A stretch of 56,740 bases of DNA, counting the filler, from Bipalium vagum (taxonomy: Eukaryota), in NCBI GenBank assembly GCA_037834085.1. It is 3 parts of 3 records of this genome, joined end to end, with 100 filler letters (N's around TTAATTAATTAA, not from the genome) between each part and the next. Parts side by side here need not be neighbours in the genome. Positions count along the whole stretch, not along the records: positions 39,713 to 56,740 come from JBBMKC010081805.1; 2 more parts are not named here. The stretch is one strand, 5' to 3'. Below, piece after piece: positions 39,972-53,800 of the stretch. The number at the start of each line of letters is the position of its first letter. Positions within the stretch are counted from its first letter, which is position 1. The notes below the pieces were generated by a model. It was not told the origin of the DNA and searched no databases. It saw only the letters and a program-made list of their open reading frames with translations. A program made the position numbers and the translations under genes.

Positions 39972-41188
39972 TTAGTATGATTCCGGCTTTTTTAATAAAA
40001 AAGAGATTTTAAAAAATTTATTTAATAAAATTTAATCAAAATAATTTCCATTCACAAATATGACATTGGACCATCTTTTAGGCAACGAATGGATTCCACG
40101 AAAGAGAATTCTGGTTCTTTTGAAGGAACCCAGCTATCAATCCATTGTTAAATGTCATGGGAACTGAACCTTCTTCCCAGAAAGAGCAGAACTAATGTAA
40201 ATCTAAAGGAGTATTATGTGAATATGGTGGATGATGTAAGGCTTCCCAGTTTGCATCTTCTAATTATTTACAATAGAATGAACATGTGATCTGGGGTTAT
40301 CGTGTCATAAAAGTATCTTATCATGTCTGTCCGCCCATTCTGACCTTTTCTCTTTCAGAGCTCGCTTCAAACAAATTAATTGGGTTAACTTTCATCAGCC
40401 ATCGTTTCTGATGATCTCAACAGTTCATAATAAATAATACCTTTTAGATCCGACTAGACACACACATCACTTTAGACAAATTCTGTTTTGGGATTGGTGT
40501 ACCCAGTTAAACAGATTTCACCAAAGATGTTTTGGGTTTTAGGTTGTCTGGTCTCCATATCTCGTCTCCTATCACAGTCCTATGCAAAAAAACTTTTTCT
40601 TTGTTGACTACGTAGATGGTTATCACAAATTGTAAGTCGCCTTTCAATATCTCTTTCTTTCAATATTTTATGGGACCCATTTCCCTAATTTTCTAATCAT
40701 TTCCGTACTTCTTAGATGTTGGGAAATGCTTCTTTGATTCACATTTAACATAATGGACAGTTCAGTTTGGTTTTACATATGTCTTCTTGTATTAATTATA
40801 TCAATTTTTCATCTTCAACCACTTTTTATTGTCTACCATGCTCTTTGTTCATGATGTCGTAATGTTCATTCCTGAATCGGTAAAATCATTCTTTACATAT
40901 CATAGCGGAAGGAACATACTTGCGTAAATGTCTACCAACGAGCGTAATGCTTCTGCGCAGGTTTTCTTTACAAAAAATTAATACAACATCACTTCCTGCA
41001 AATGACGTTTATTTAGAACAAAATTTGGCATTTTGAATTTCTGTATTATTTTAACAATATCTATTTATATAAAGTTGTTTTATTGAATTATTGATAAATG
41101 ATCTCACATATAATATATAATACCAATTTAATTAATTCATTGAAACACAAATTTTAACTTATTCTTGTAAAAGCTGCAATCATACTAA
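39972..41188 (-). mobile_element. Full-length decayed mariner (Mos1-like N-terminus)
   Basis: TIRs TTAGTATGATT(C/G)C(G/A)GCTTT with TA flanks. Remnants MPNFVLNKRHLQEVMLY, WVP, IGDEIW and HPPYS. Confidence 0.85.
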
Positions 41189-41309
41189 TACATGTAATAT
41201 AAAAAATGAATAATTGTCAAATAATTAAATTTCAATTAGGAAATAGAAACTACAAGTTAATCTCAGAATTTCATTGAGTTAGAAAAAGTATCTTCCTTAT
41301 CAAAGCATA

Positions 41310-42056
41310 TAGTGCTGGCCAGGTTTTTTCACACATGACAAAATTTTAAATTTTATGATGATTTTTTTCGTAATATTTTTTCTTGATAAGAATTGAAGTA
41401 TGATGTTTAACAATAATTTCTTTAAAATATTATATTCAAAGATTATTTAGTTTATAAAATCGAAAAATAAATTAATTTGACAAATAAATGATGGCCAGGT
41501 TTTTTCACACATGTATTTATATGACAAATGCTACAACTTATTAAATAAATTTCCATTTGTTCTAAGAACATGGGTTAGTCTATGTCTGAAATTTTCATAA
41601 AGACTTATAATATCAGCCCTTCTCGTTTCATTGAAGAACTGAATACTTCTACTAATCGTTTCCCGTAATTCACTGATATTGCTGAGCTGGTGCCCAATAT
41701 AGATATGATCCGATAGCATTTTCCAAATGTTCTCGACAATATTCAAGCCTTGGCTTCTTGGTGGCCACTGTAAACCTTAATGTTCCGTTCATTTATAAAA
41801 TTCTAAATTAATTTTAAACGGTGAACCGGAGCATTATCTTGTTGTATCAAAAAGTTTGGCCCAAGATTAGCATTTGCTATTCTTATTAAACTTTCTGAAA
41901 CGAATTCTTTATAATCCATTGATTTCATTGTTCCTCTTACAAATCTGAAACCCAAAAGACCGTTTGACATGCAATAAAGCCAGACCATCAATGACCCTCC
42001 ATGGCTATATCTACTTTGTCTTATTAACTTGCTTCCTTTTTGGATAAATGACATCC
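41310..42056 (-). mobile_element. Tc1-like element 3' half with an IR/DR-type end
   Basis: GGSLMVW..QQDNAPVH..WPPRSQGLNIVENIW (DDE). A 22-bp direct repeat TGGCCAGGTTTTTTCACACATG lies at 41316-41337 and 41492-41513. Confidence 0.85.
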
Positions 42057-42372
42057 ATTGATTTGGACTCAGTCACCCACCGTGTTCACCAGATCTTGCA
42101 CTTTCTATTTTCTTCTGCTCCGTTCAATGACACATGGACTTGTTGAGCAGCACTTCAAATCGTACGAAGATGTCAAAAATCGGGTCTCTGGATGGTTTGC
42201 TTTGAAACCAGAAAAGTTCTTTTGGAATGGCATCCATAAATTTACTGAAAAAAGGAAGAAATGTGTGGATAACAATGACCATTATTTTGAATAAATTATG
42301 TTTTATTTCTGTTCCGAAATTAGCATGCTTCGGTTATTTAAAAAATCCGCATTATTTATTTATACCCATAAT
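42057..42372 (+). mobile_element. Mariner 3' fragment
   Basis: Reads LLRSMTHGLVEQHFKSYEDVKN..WFALKPEKFFWNGIHK..KCVDNNDHYFE* and ends ...TATACCCATAATA. Confidence 0.8.
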
Positions 42373-42679
42373 AATAATAAAGAAACAAACAGTTACAAAG
42401 AGGAGTTCCAAAAGGAGTCTGAAGTCCAGTTGATTGGAGCTATAATTATCATAGATACGAGCTCAGATCGTAGTATTAATATTTATTATAGAAGTAGTTT
42501 AATCAGTATTATAAAAGACGAAGAGAGAGTTGATAGAAAGGTGTATGTCTTCTTAAAGAAAGACTGTGAATACATTTGTAATGAAGATGCTAATGAAGCG
42601 AATGATAAATCAGTATAATGACCATAGAAGAGACTGGTATAATTAAGATTAAAAGGACATAATGCAAAATAGATTCAGT

Positions 42680-43053
42680 GTTGAGGTTAAAACTCAATCT
42701 CCAGATCTATTCATTATAGATCATTTGTGTGATGTCCTTGGTAGGAGATTGCAAACGGAGTATACGAAACCACCAGTCTGCATGGAATCTTTAAAACATC
42801 GACTGAAATATCAGTAGAACTTACTTCATGTTGAAACAGTCAAGTCTTTGTTCATAAGTGTACCACGCCGAATTGCGGAATGTGCTGAAAAGAATGGTCG
42901 TCATACGTCCTACTTATGGAAATTTTATCAATAAATGTTTTGTTGACATTTGTATGATTGTTTTTAACAAGATTAACATAATAGGAATTGTAAATTTTAA
43001 ATTTTAAATTATCGTGTTTTCAAAATAATTTTTCTAAGTGGGTGGGGTGCACA
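42680..43053 (+). mobile_element. Tc1 3' fragment
   Basis: Reads QSPDLFIIDHLCDVLGRRL and VPRRIAECAEKNGRHTSY, with a terminus ...GTGCACAG-TA. Confidence 0.7.
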
Positions 43054-45056
43054 GTATATTAAAAATTGTTGTATTTCTTTAATATTTTTAACTCAATAAT
43101 AACTAAGTTAAATAAATTCACAAATATCTGTTTCATTGTAAGAAAAGGCACTAAGTTATTTTTTATAAGATTAAATTCATTTATTTCTTTACTCTAATTT
43201 CCTAAATTTTACACAAGCTTTCCCATCGGCATTTTGGAAATTTATTGGCTTGGCTGATTGTAAGATTATTTTTGGTATAATCCTAATAACTTCCGAATAT
43301 TTCCAAAAAACTATTAATTTCTCTTTTACATCATCCTTGAAAATTTACAAGGATGTTCATCAATTATGAAAAGCTTCAATCGTAACACCTCTAAAATATT
43401 TATAACATTTAGTGTTTAACAATAATATATAAATATTTTTTCAGAGCTTTCACATCTGAAGGTGGTTGACACTGAAAAACATTGTTACCTTCTTTAGTTA
43501 TGTCATTTTTTTTATTATTATTACTCTTCTCATTGCCTCCATATTTAGATCTTCGTTGAACTTATTAATTTAATATTACTGATCTATAATTTAATATTGG
43601 CATTGATATAATTTATATATTGATATAATGATTTTGCAAGGTCCTAATTTACAGTCATACTAATATGCTGTACTACCTATTGATATCATTACATTGTCTC
43701 CAATATTAAACAATATTTACATTGAAATGTAAATATAAAAACTAATACAGAGCGAATTTGCCCATATATCAAAGCACTAATAATGACATTGAAAAAATTA
43801 TTATTTAGGGTCATCTATGATTCCAAAGATCATTATGACAGCCTTTTAATTTTCATTTTGAAAACCCTTTATCACAGAGACATTATCGAATTTAAAAAAT
43901 TATTAATTTATGAGTAATAAGTGAAAATAATTTTTGAACATTAACTTGTGATGGATAATTTTTTTAATTATTAATTAAAATATTTCAAAAATAATTAACG
44001 ATTACGATCCTTAATGTCAAAACTACTTCTCCAATGTAAAAGTGAAAGTAAATTTTGACAGATTTCTGTTTTATCATTATTGGATTATAGGATCATCTGT
44101 TCTCTGTGATTTAATCCACTTTTATCTCTAGCATTGCACTTGCTTCGGAGATTGATCTTTATCATCACCAGATCTTAGGTTTTTAATCGAATGTTGAGTT
44201 CCTGTTAGCGTAACAAGGTCTCATCTTCAAATGAAAATTTTTGTTTGACAAATGTTTCGCAGACCATGTATTGAAATTTACCATCTGTAGGTTTTTCGTT
44301 GGTCATCAAACTTCTGAATTTTTAAAAAAATAATAATAAAAGACATTCAAATAAAAAAGAATGAAAAAAATTTATGAAAGCAATCAAGAAATGAATGGTA
44401 ATAGAGGTAAGGTAAACTTCCTTAATGAATATTTCTAAGCAAAAGTTGAGTTGTAAGTGAAAGAAATAATATTGAATAATTGAATGGATATGATAGTAGA
44501 AAATAATGTAATGGGCATCAGAATATTGTGAGAGATTGAGATTTGCAAACGTCAATTTATTTAAAAAGAGTAAAAGCAAAATAAATAAAAAAAATGATTC
44601 AAAACCTCAATTAAATGTTGGTAGCATATAGTTCATATTCTTTAAAAATCATGTAAAACACTTCTGCGTTCCACGGGTGAGGTTTAAAGTGTTGACAGTA
44701 TGGAGAACATAACACAACGTATTACAGTATAAATTGTTGAAATTATAATACAAATATCGGAAACTCCTGATTATATGGCTTGTTTAAATAACAATATAAT
44801 TCAAGAAAAGTCTTATGGAATTCTTGCTAAGCAAACCACGACCGAAGACAGGCTGAGGTTGATAAATCTGTCAACAGTTGAGTGTTTCGACTCTCTAGAT
44901 AAAGTACTTTTAAAAGTTACTAAATTAATAAAATTATATTGATTCTCAAACCTCATAAGACTGAATTTAATAACAGTAAAATGCAAAAGTTTCAAAAGTG
45001 AAATTCTTTTGTTATTAAAATATTTAGTTTTATCTGAGTTTCAAACAATAGAAATA

Positions 45057-45060
<4 letters not shown>

Positions 45061-45123
<63 letters not shown>
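45061..45123. repeat. (TAA)n microsatellite
   Basis: About 21 perfect TAA units; this explains the spurious poly-Leu ORF 44992-45180. Confidence 0.95.
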
Positions 45124-45125
<2 letters not shown>

Positions 45126-45922
45126 TGAATAATAGATACAATCTGATGAAAGTCTTCAGTGTTTTTGTACATCTCTTCAAGTAGCAGAATTGTGATAATA
45201 CTGATTTTCACATAAAGAGTCGGAAGTATTTTTCAATCTCTTTTTAATAGTATTAATATCCAATTGATTCTTTAAAGATTAATAAGATTGTAACTGAAAT
45301 AAAAAATTTTCTCCTAAATAAAATTTTTAAGAATGTCTTTTGAAGTAATGATTTCTCAAAATACGCCTAACAATATATACACTAAAACATATTCAAAATT
45401 GTATATGATTATTTTATATTCAAATTAATGTACTTTTAACAATGCCTAATGAGTTTACAATTAAAGTTAAATAGTTCAAATCAACAAATATAATAAAGAT
45501 CTCCCAAATGAAAATTGAAAAAATAGAAACTTATTTAACAATATAGTTTAACATTAAAAGTTATAAAAATCGATACATATTTAAGTGAGTATTCTTTCAG
45601 AATTAGATTTTAAATGTTTTAAAAATTAATTAGGTACAGTACTTAATTTAAACTTAGTAAAGATTGTTAACTAAAAGTTACTACTTTATTTTATTTACAT
45701 TGGTTATAAAAATTTTAAATAATTCCAAAACTTAGAATTTTTAATGCATTGAATACAAATAATAAAGTTTTATTAAAATAAACCATCACTTAAAAATTTT
45801 ATTTAAAATATTCCGTGTTTTATCGCTTAATTCGTTATGATATTATTTAAACTATTTTTTGAAATTTATTAAAATTATCTATGTATGCCTTTAACTAATT
45901 TTATCTATGAAAAACGCATTAA

Positions 45923-48900
45923 ATGAATTTCGAAAAAGGAGAATTTTTCAGTATTTATTCAGTAGGAGAAAAATTAGGACAGTAAGATTAATTTGAAAAC
46001 GAAATTTTATATCGAAAAATATTTCAACAGTGGTCATTATGCCGAAGTGAAACATTGTATAGATATCAATAACAAATCAGAGTATGCAGCAAAATTTATT
46101 AGGCTTCGCCAGTCATTAGATTCCAAAAGCATTGGAATGAGTTTCGAAGAAATTGAACGTGAAGCTCACATTTTAAAAATGCTAAATCATAAAAATATCA
46201 TCAAATTGTTCTATTGTTATGATTTGCAAAAAAGTGTGGTATTAGTTTTAGAATTGTAATTTTTTATTTAACTAACTAACACCCAAAAATCTGATTAACA
46301 ATTAAGAGTCGCTGGCGGAGAATTATTTGATCACATATCAGACAGTGAAAAGTTATCCGAAGAGGAGGCTTCAGAATTTATAGAACAAATTCTGCTTGGT
46401 GTTCAGCATATGCACGAAAAGAAAGTCGTTCATCTTGACCTCAAGGTAAATAATAATTAATAGTTTAGAATTAATATCGATTAATAATAATATAAATATT
46501 TAATTGATATTTGAGAACTAAAGCTTGAATTCCATTTTATTTCTTAATCATATCCCCAACCCCGAATTCTTTATTTTATCTTTCTCTCTCTCTCAAGCCT
46601 GAAAAGTTTGGTCAGACAGTGACGATCTCCATTTGGTGGTTACCCCCAAAAGAGAATCCGCTGATGTTGTTGATCTTGCTGATCAATATATCACAAAAAC
46701 CCCAGTGACTGAATTAATTAATAAAATAATAACTGGATCAATTGAATGTTGATTCCAAATCTGTTTGGGGCTGCATGTATGAGAATTGCCATCTATGCAT
46801 GGCGGGGATGCAGATAATGATGATTCAGACTTGATTTGTCGCGCATTCGTCGATTGGCGAGTTTTGTTACGTGTTTTCAACGGGTGGAATCTCCAGATAT
46901 CACTGTGCACCTGCACGGATTTCGGGATTCAACTTGTATCACGATTCAGTCCAATGTGTGCAGTCAGCACTGCATTACGAATGAAGCACAATGCCGTATT
47001 GCCCCTTTCCCGGTAGCACTTGGTGACACGGTGTCATTTTTGAAATGATGCCAGCATTGGGACAAAAAAGTAACTGTAAAAGGGGAAATAAAATTTGAGA
47101 AAGTAGATCGCTGCTTCTGGTAGAGCATGTCATATTTATTTAAATAATCGATAATTATCAAGTTCAAATATTAATGATAATTGTTAAAAATCAATAAAAG
47201 TAATTTGATAATCACAAAAACAGTAATATGAGAAAATAATTAATAATCGCTAATAATTAATAAGGATGATATTAGAAATAATGATAATCACAGGATTAAT
47301 TAATAATCATTAATTTAGTAAAATAATTTATTATTGTGTAATAATAGTAATAATAATATTGGTTTTAAATCGTTAATAATAATAATAATAATAAAAAAAA
47401 TAATAAAAATATGGATTGAATAATAATAGCTTTGAAATTTGTTCAATGATATATCTTTTACTGAGAAACTAAGATATTTTATATAAAGTTGATCAATAAA
47501 TATATTCATTTTGATCTTGTTTCACATACCTTTTAAAATTTTTGTCTTATTGTTTTCAAAAATTAAATTTAAGCACCATAAAAATTCTTTTCGAATCGAT
47601 AAAATCAATTAAATTTATTATAATTTCCAACTCTATTAATAATTATTTTGAATTATTCATCAAATTTGAGAAATTCGTTATTGATTTTGTTAATATTTTC
47701 CAGTGAGGCTGAGACTTTGATCATAAATTATATACTATTGGTTAACTGTAGATCGATTAATCTATTTGATAATTATTCGTCACTGACCTTTAAGGCATGA
47801 AGGTTCTCAATTTTCTATTGTTACTATGCTTTCCACTATTTTTTGAACATTTATTATTATTATTAATATTATTATTATCACCTCTTTATTATTAAATTAC
47901 CTAAACCTAAGATGAAAAAAGCTCAATCAGCACGTCTCACCATTTCTTAATATTTTTGATTTCGCATTCCCGAGCAATGGAGAGGGAAAATCACCTGTCA
48001 CATTTTCAGTGTTTGATATTTTGACAGGTATTTATAGGGGGAAAAACAAATTTGTTGTGGGTTATTTTTAGTTTTAGAAGGAGAGGGGATAAAATCTAAT
48101 TTATTTCATAATAATTATAGAGAAAAAATTGATCGGTGAGGAAGACACCGTGTTAGAGAAAATGTCGAGACTTTTCAAGTTCTGATTGAAAGCCAGGCGT
48201 GATGCTGGGGAATGTTTTCATCATTGTCAATCAGAAAAATGATTAGGGTTACCTGTTTTTTTTTCGAGGGAGTTGAACTAATTTTCCCTTAATTTAATAT
48301 TAAATTTCCGATAATAATTTTTTAACCTTTAAATATCTTTTTTATTTGTGATGTGTGGGCATAAATTAACCAATAAATACAAATTATTTGCAAAATATAT
48401 TAATAGTTGATAAACACGTGTTTTAATTTTTCTTAATTTTTTCTAAAACATTTCAATTAAATTTAATCAAATTATAAAAATATCTAAAATTGTTTTTTTC
48501 CATTTTTAAAATTATTTAGAAAAACAAAAATTTCAGAAAAAATCTGCATTTAACATTTCGAAAATTTTTTAGTTTTCAACCACTGAAATTTATTCATTTG
48601 TAAATTAAACGTAAAATTTTGTTATTTATTTTTACTATTTGAAAAGTAAATGATTTGAGTTTAGAGAACTAAGTAGACTCAGAGTTGTAATTGTTATCAA
48701 TTTTGATAGTAATGTTTATAAATTTGTACTTCAATTCTGTCGTCCGAGTGTAAAATATTTAATTTATTATTATTCTTATTATTTTTTACTAAATAAACAA
48801 TTTAGTAAAATATTCGACCAATAGTCATGAAACCCTATTATCGATTTTTTTAAAGTTATTTTAACCAATTTCTGAGGTTAAAACAAAAATAGTTCAGTGA

Positions 48901-50826
48901 CCACTGCGACAAAATTCTCTCCTCAATGCCAATTAATTATTATTCCCTGCATTTTTAGAAAATAATCATCTCTTTCTCATTGTTGACAATATAAAAAATT
49001 CCAGAACAGTTGATCAAGAATCAAAATTAGAAAGGAAATGTTTGACTAAAAAAACCGAATATTCTTTGTTTATATTGTTTTTTATATTTCATCTATTTTT
49101 TTCTTTGGTGATAGTCTATACTCTATGACTGTTACTATCACTACATGTTATTTTATTTATTTTTGAAGATTCACTTTTGTGCATTTATTGATATTTTTCA
49201 GTGTATTACATAATAACATATATATATTGGTAAATAAATATTACATGTTCCTAATGAAAATATTGATTAATTTGTGATGAATATGATGTGTTCTGCAAAA
49301 TAAATTCATTTATTACAGGGTTGTTGAAATAAATTCAGAGAATTTATAGTCTTAATATAGTGAAATAAATTGATAAAACTAATAATTGTTTTACAATAAA
49401 AATTAGTACTTGAAAGTGTAAATTTTTGGATTATTCGATGTAATCATCATTAGTGGTCACAGTCGCCTCGAACTGTGCTCGAAATGCGCTGTATGCCGGC
49501 TTGACCTTCTTCCTGTCCAATTTAGTCATTTACTCAATGATATTATTATTGTCCTGAAACAATAACTGTCGACATATTAATAAATTTGACAAATTATATT
49601 AAGAGCTTTATCACTTCGTTCTACAGAATACATTGTCTTTGATAAATATCACTTATCTTCAACATCTGAACTCTTTTTTGTTCTATATTTTAATGGTTTT
49701 ATAATTATTTTTCATGAAAAATTTCTGTCTAGAAAACATTGTTAATGTTTCTTTCTTTTTGTAGATCAACATATTTCAACAAATATTTTTTTATTCATGT
49801 CAAATGCTGTAATGTTTGATGAAAAATTTCCCTTAATTTCGAAGGAAATTCCTCCAGGCAAAATGTGGTTCAGATTGTTTTTGGAGCCGCGTCTGGTTTA
49901 TGACGTTTGTTAGGGATAGAATTCTATTTTGTATTATATCTGGTAGACTTAGGCAATCGGATTTCATCAAAAGAGAGTTGGTAGAATTAAAATTCAATTA
50001 GAATTTTCCCTCTTTTTCCTCATAAAATACAATAATATCACATTTCGGCTTCATATGTTTATTTAACATGTTAATATTGTAAGGGAATGTTTTCTTTAGT
50101 CAAAAATGTACAGATTTTTTTCTAAAATTTCCCATTGGTAAAATGAGTAAAAGTTTATTACTATGGTGTTAAAAAAATTTTGGTAGTAAAGAATCAAGGC
50201 ATGAATCTATATTAATAGTATTAATAATAGATTGATAATAATCTGAATTCTTATTGTTAAAAAATCCATCAGAAAAATCAATAATATTAAGTTATTATAA
50301 AAATCAATATTTTTAAATTAATGATATTTTTATTGATTATATTTGAAATTTACCATCAGATAATTTTCATTTTCTTTGAAGTGAGCTTTTTCTGATTCAG
50401 TTTTTGTTTACTTTTCGTTTGATGAGGAATTAAAAAAATAATAATTATGAACTACATCATTTTCCATATTTATCATGCATAAACGTCTTAGTAAATCGAA
50501 TTACAGAGTAGATCATTGAATTTCAGTTTCCCGGATTAAGAATATTGATTTTCTGATCAAATAGATGGTATCGTTGGGAAAAAATTTCCTCTGTTATTAA
50601 AAATTTTCTCTTTCATATTCATTTTCTTTTGTGAAAATTTCTCTGCAATGTCATACATTTTATTCAATTGACATAGAAACATTAATAAAGCGAGATTCTA
50701 GATATGATTTCATAGATAAATAACAAATATTTGTTAATTATCTTTATAGAAATTTGGCTTGTTCAGCGAGAAATCAAAATTCACAATTTTTTCTTATTTT
50801 TGAATTGTTATTAATTTAAATATTTC

Positions 50827-50872
<46 letters not shown>

Positions 50873-53800
50873 TATTATTATTATTAGAAATAAACTTTTC
50901 AAGAATCTAAATTAAAATTCATGCAATTAATGAAACATACATAAAAAAAATCAAAATCATTTCTCTTAAAATTAAAATGTTGACCGTAAATTAAGCAGGG
51001 CATATATAAATATTATCTGGAAATTTGTAAAAATATCAATAATTTACAGCCTGAAAACGTAATGATTGAAGATTTGGAAGAGAGAAAGATAAAGCTGATA
51101 GACTTTGGTTTGGCTCGAGAAATCATTAGACAAGACACGCTTATCGAAATGCAAGGAACGGCAGAATTTCTTGGTGAGCCAGAAAATCGTACAAAGCCTG
51201 AGCATGGCAATGTTTGTTGAGCATGAACGTATTTATTTGACATTTTATAAGTTAGAAAAAAATTATTATATATAACCATTATATTGTTGGTTTCTAATAA
51301 TTATAATTATAATTAATTTATTATTATTTTAATTTATTAATTTTATTATTATAATTAATTTATTCTTATTTATTATTTATTTAATATTTGATATTATAAT
51401 CATTTATTTACTATATTTAATTAAAATTTTTTTCATTTTTATTGATTTTTAAAATTTTTTATCATTTTATTTTTATTTATTGCTATTTATTGTTTTTCTT
51501 ATTGCTTAATATTATGATAGATCTTTTATGTTAATTATTATTATTTATTTATATTATAATACTTATTATTATTGTCTTATTTAGTTTTTTGGATTTTATT
51601 ATTATTTAATATTAATATATCTTATTATTGAAATTATTATTTCTGTTTGTGCAATGAATGTGATTATGCTTTTGTCCCTTTTTGTCTCCATATATTCAAT
51701 GATTTGTCACAAGTTTTACAATTGTCGAAAATTTTAGTCTCTGAACACAATTTTGTGCGAAACGTAATCTTTTGCATTTCGTGTCAGCTGTTCTTAAATA
51801 TTGACTTAAAGTTGTGCCAATTGAAATTTTATTTATGAAACTGAATGCCAGCACAAAATTGAAAGAATGGAAAAAATTGTTAAATTTCTATGATCGTCCT
51901 CTTTTTTCCAACACTTTATATTGTGTACTTAATTTTTTCTAAGTAGAATTCCTGGAATATTTGTCAGATATCCGGGATTTAATGTAAATAGAAAATAAAT
52001 TGACAAAACAACAACGCTATCCCCAAGATCAGGCGAGAATGTTGAGAATTTGTCAAAGCGAACGATTATTTTCTCATTTTTATCGATTTCCATTGGCAAA
52101 ATATCGAATTTAAAACATTTTTTGTTTATCCCTCGCCTAATGTTCACAGTGATTGTTTTTCTGATGCAGCTGGCTTTGATTATTTTAATGTGCACATTCG
52201 ACCAGAATTTTTTCCAACCACTTTCAATCAGTATTATTCATTCTCCTTTTATAATTTTCAACTGATAATTTTTTTATCAATTATATCAATAATAAATATA
52301 TTATAATAAATTTAATTAATTCTTTTTGAAAACTGTGGACTTTTATCGTTTACAAAAGTGTTATGGATCGTATGTCTTACCACTGTTGGATTATTACAAA
52401 TCGCAATTGACCAACGATAAAAATGATAAAGTGCTGGTTCAAGAATCAAAGAAAAGTACTTGCAAAGTGATTGATGAAAAAAAAGTATCTTGCTAGAAAT
52501 ATATAATGGAATTGACAATCAGATAAAGGTTGAGATTGACAAACCAATTTCAAAACAAATGAAACTGATAAACTCAGACACTGAATATGAAGAACTATCT
52601 ATAAATCAAAGTGAAAAATGAATTCCCGAACCGAGTGATTCATTACAATGGTGGAAACGTAATGAGCATTGTTACAAAAAATTATCGGTTTTCGAAGAGA
52701 GCTTTGTGTATTCCGGAAACTTCGATTTCGGAAACTTCGAACGATCTTTTAGTTCTGAGGGTTATATTGTTACCCTGACGCGTTCATCATTCAAACCTAA
52801 TTCCGTTAACTTGCTATTTTGCTTAAATAATTGGTGGTTGTTTGATGATATGTAAATAATAAACTGTGTTTTTAAATAAATTTATATATGTTATTATTTT
52901 TGGACTTTCATTTTGAAAGTAACTATTAATTGATCTTTTATTTTTATAAAATGAAATATTAAAAGTTTTTAATCGCTAACAATATTATTAAAATATATTA
53001 TTAATATATTTGGGGTCGAATTTTAAAATATTTGTGAAATAATTGGATGAAAAATCCAATGATGTATAATTTTTTTTTACCAATTTATCAATTTTGTTTT
53101 TCTAAAGACTAATTCATAATTTTCACAGTATCACAATTCCCGCTGACTGGGAGAAAGTGATCAGTGTTTTTCATTGAAACCGAAAATCTATTTATATGAT
53201 GATTATATTAATATTAATTAATAAATAATATATTATTATATAAATTAATTCCATTGAACAGTCTAATTGTTTTGAATTGGTTTGAACTGGTCACGGTGTC
53301 ATTGTGATTCTGATTAGATTGTATCCCATTATTTCATTATTGAAACTTCTTCTTTTTCATCATTACTGAGCTCAAGTGATAATGTCTTTTCATCAAAACC
53401 GGGTTTCTTCCCGATTAGTTTGTGGATTTCTTCTTACATAAAACTGTTTCTTATTTTAAGGAATTTTATTACTATACGTTACCAAGGCGATTCTTACTAC
53501 AGGAAACAAGTGCATATTTACCTTTTTCTCCAAAATCACTAAGGATTATTTAAGAATATTGGTTCATTTAATTTGGCACTGTCAAGCCGTTTTGTTGAAC
53601 AAATAATAAATTCCAGTCGTGATCCTACAATAATCAATGAAACATCACCAGAATCATCAATAAATGACGCGTGCATGTCTTATATAAAAAATAGAAAAAA
53701 CTGACGAGGGAGAAGGAGATAGGCAATATCGACATAATCGACGACAAATGTATCCTTTTTCATTTCATACTTTTATAATGTGATATTAGCGTTATTAAAG

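Noticed and set aside
42298-42618. 106-aa ORF with IIDTSS resembling a retroviral protease DTG motif
   Set aside because: The ORF starts inside a mariner end and the motif is imperfect; at most a retroelement scrap.
44992-45180. Poly-Leu ORF that looks like a membrane peptide
   Set aside because: Translation of the (TAA)n microsatellite.
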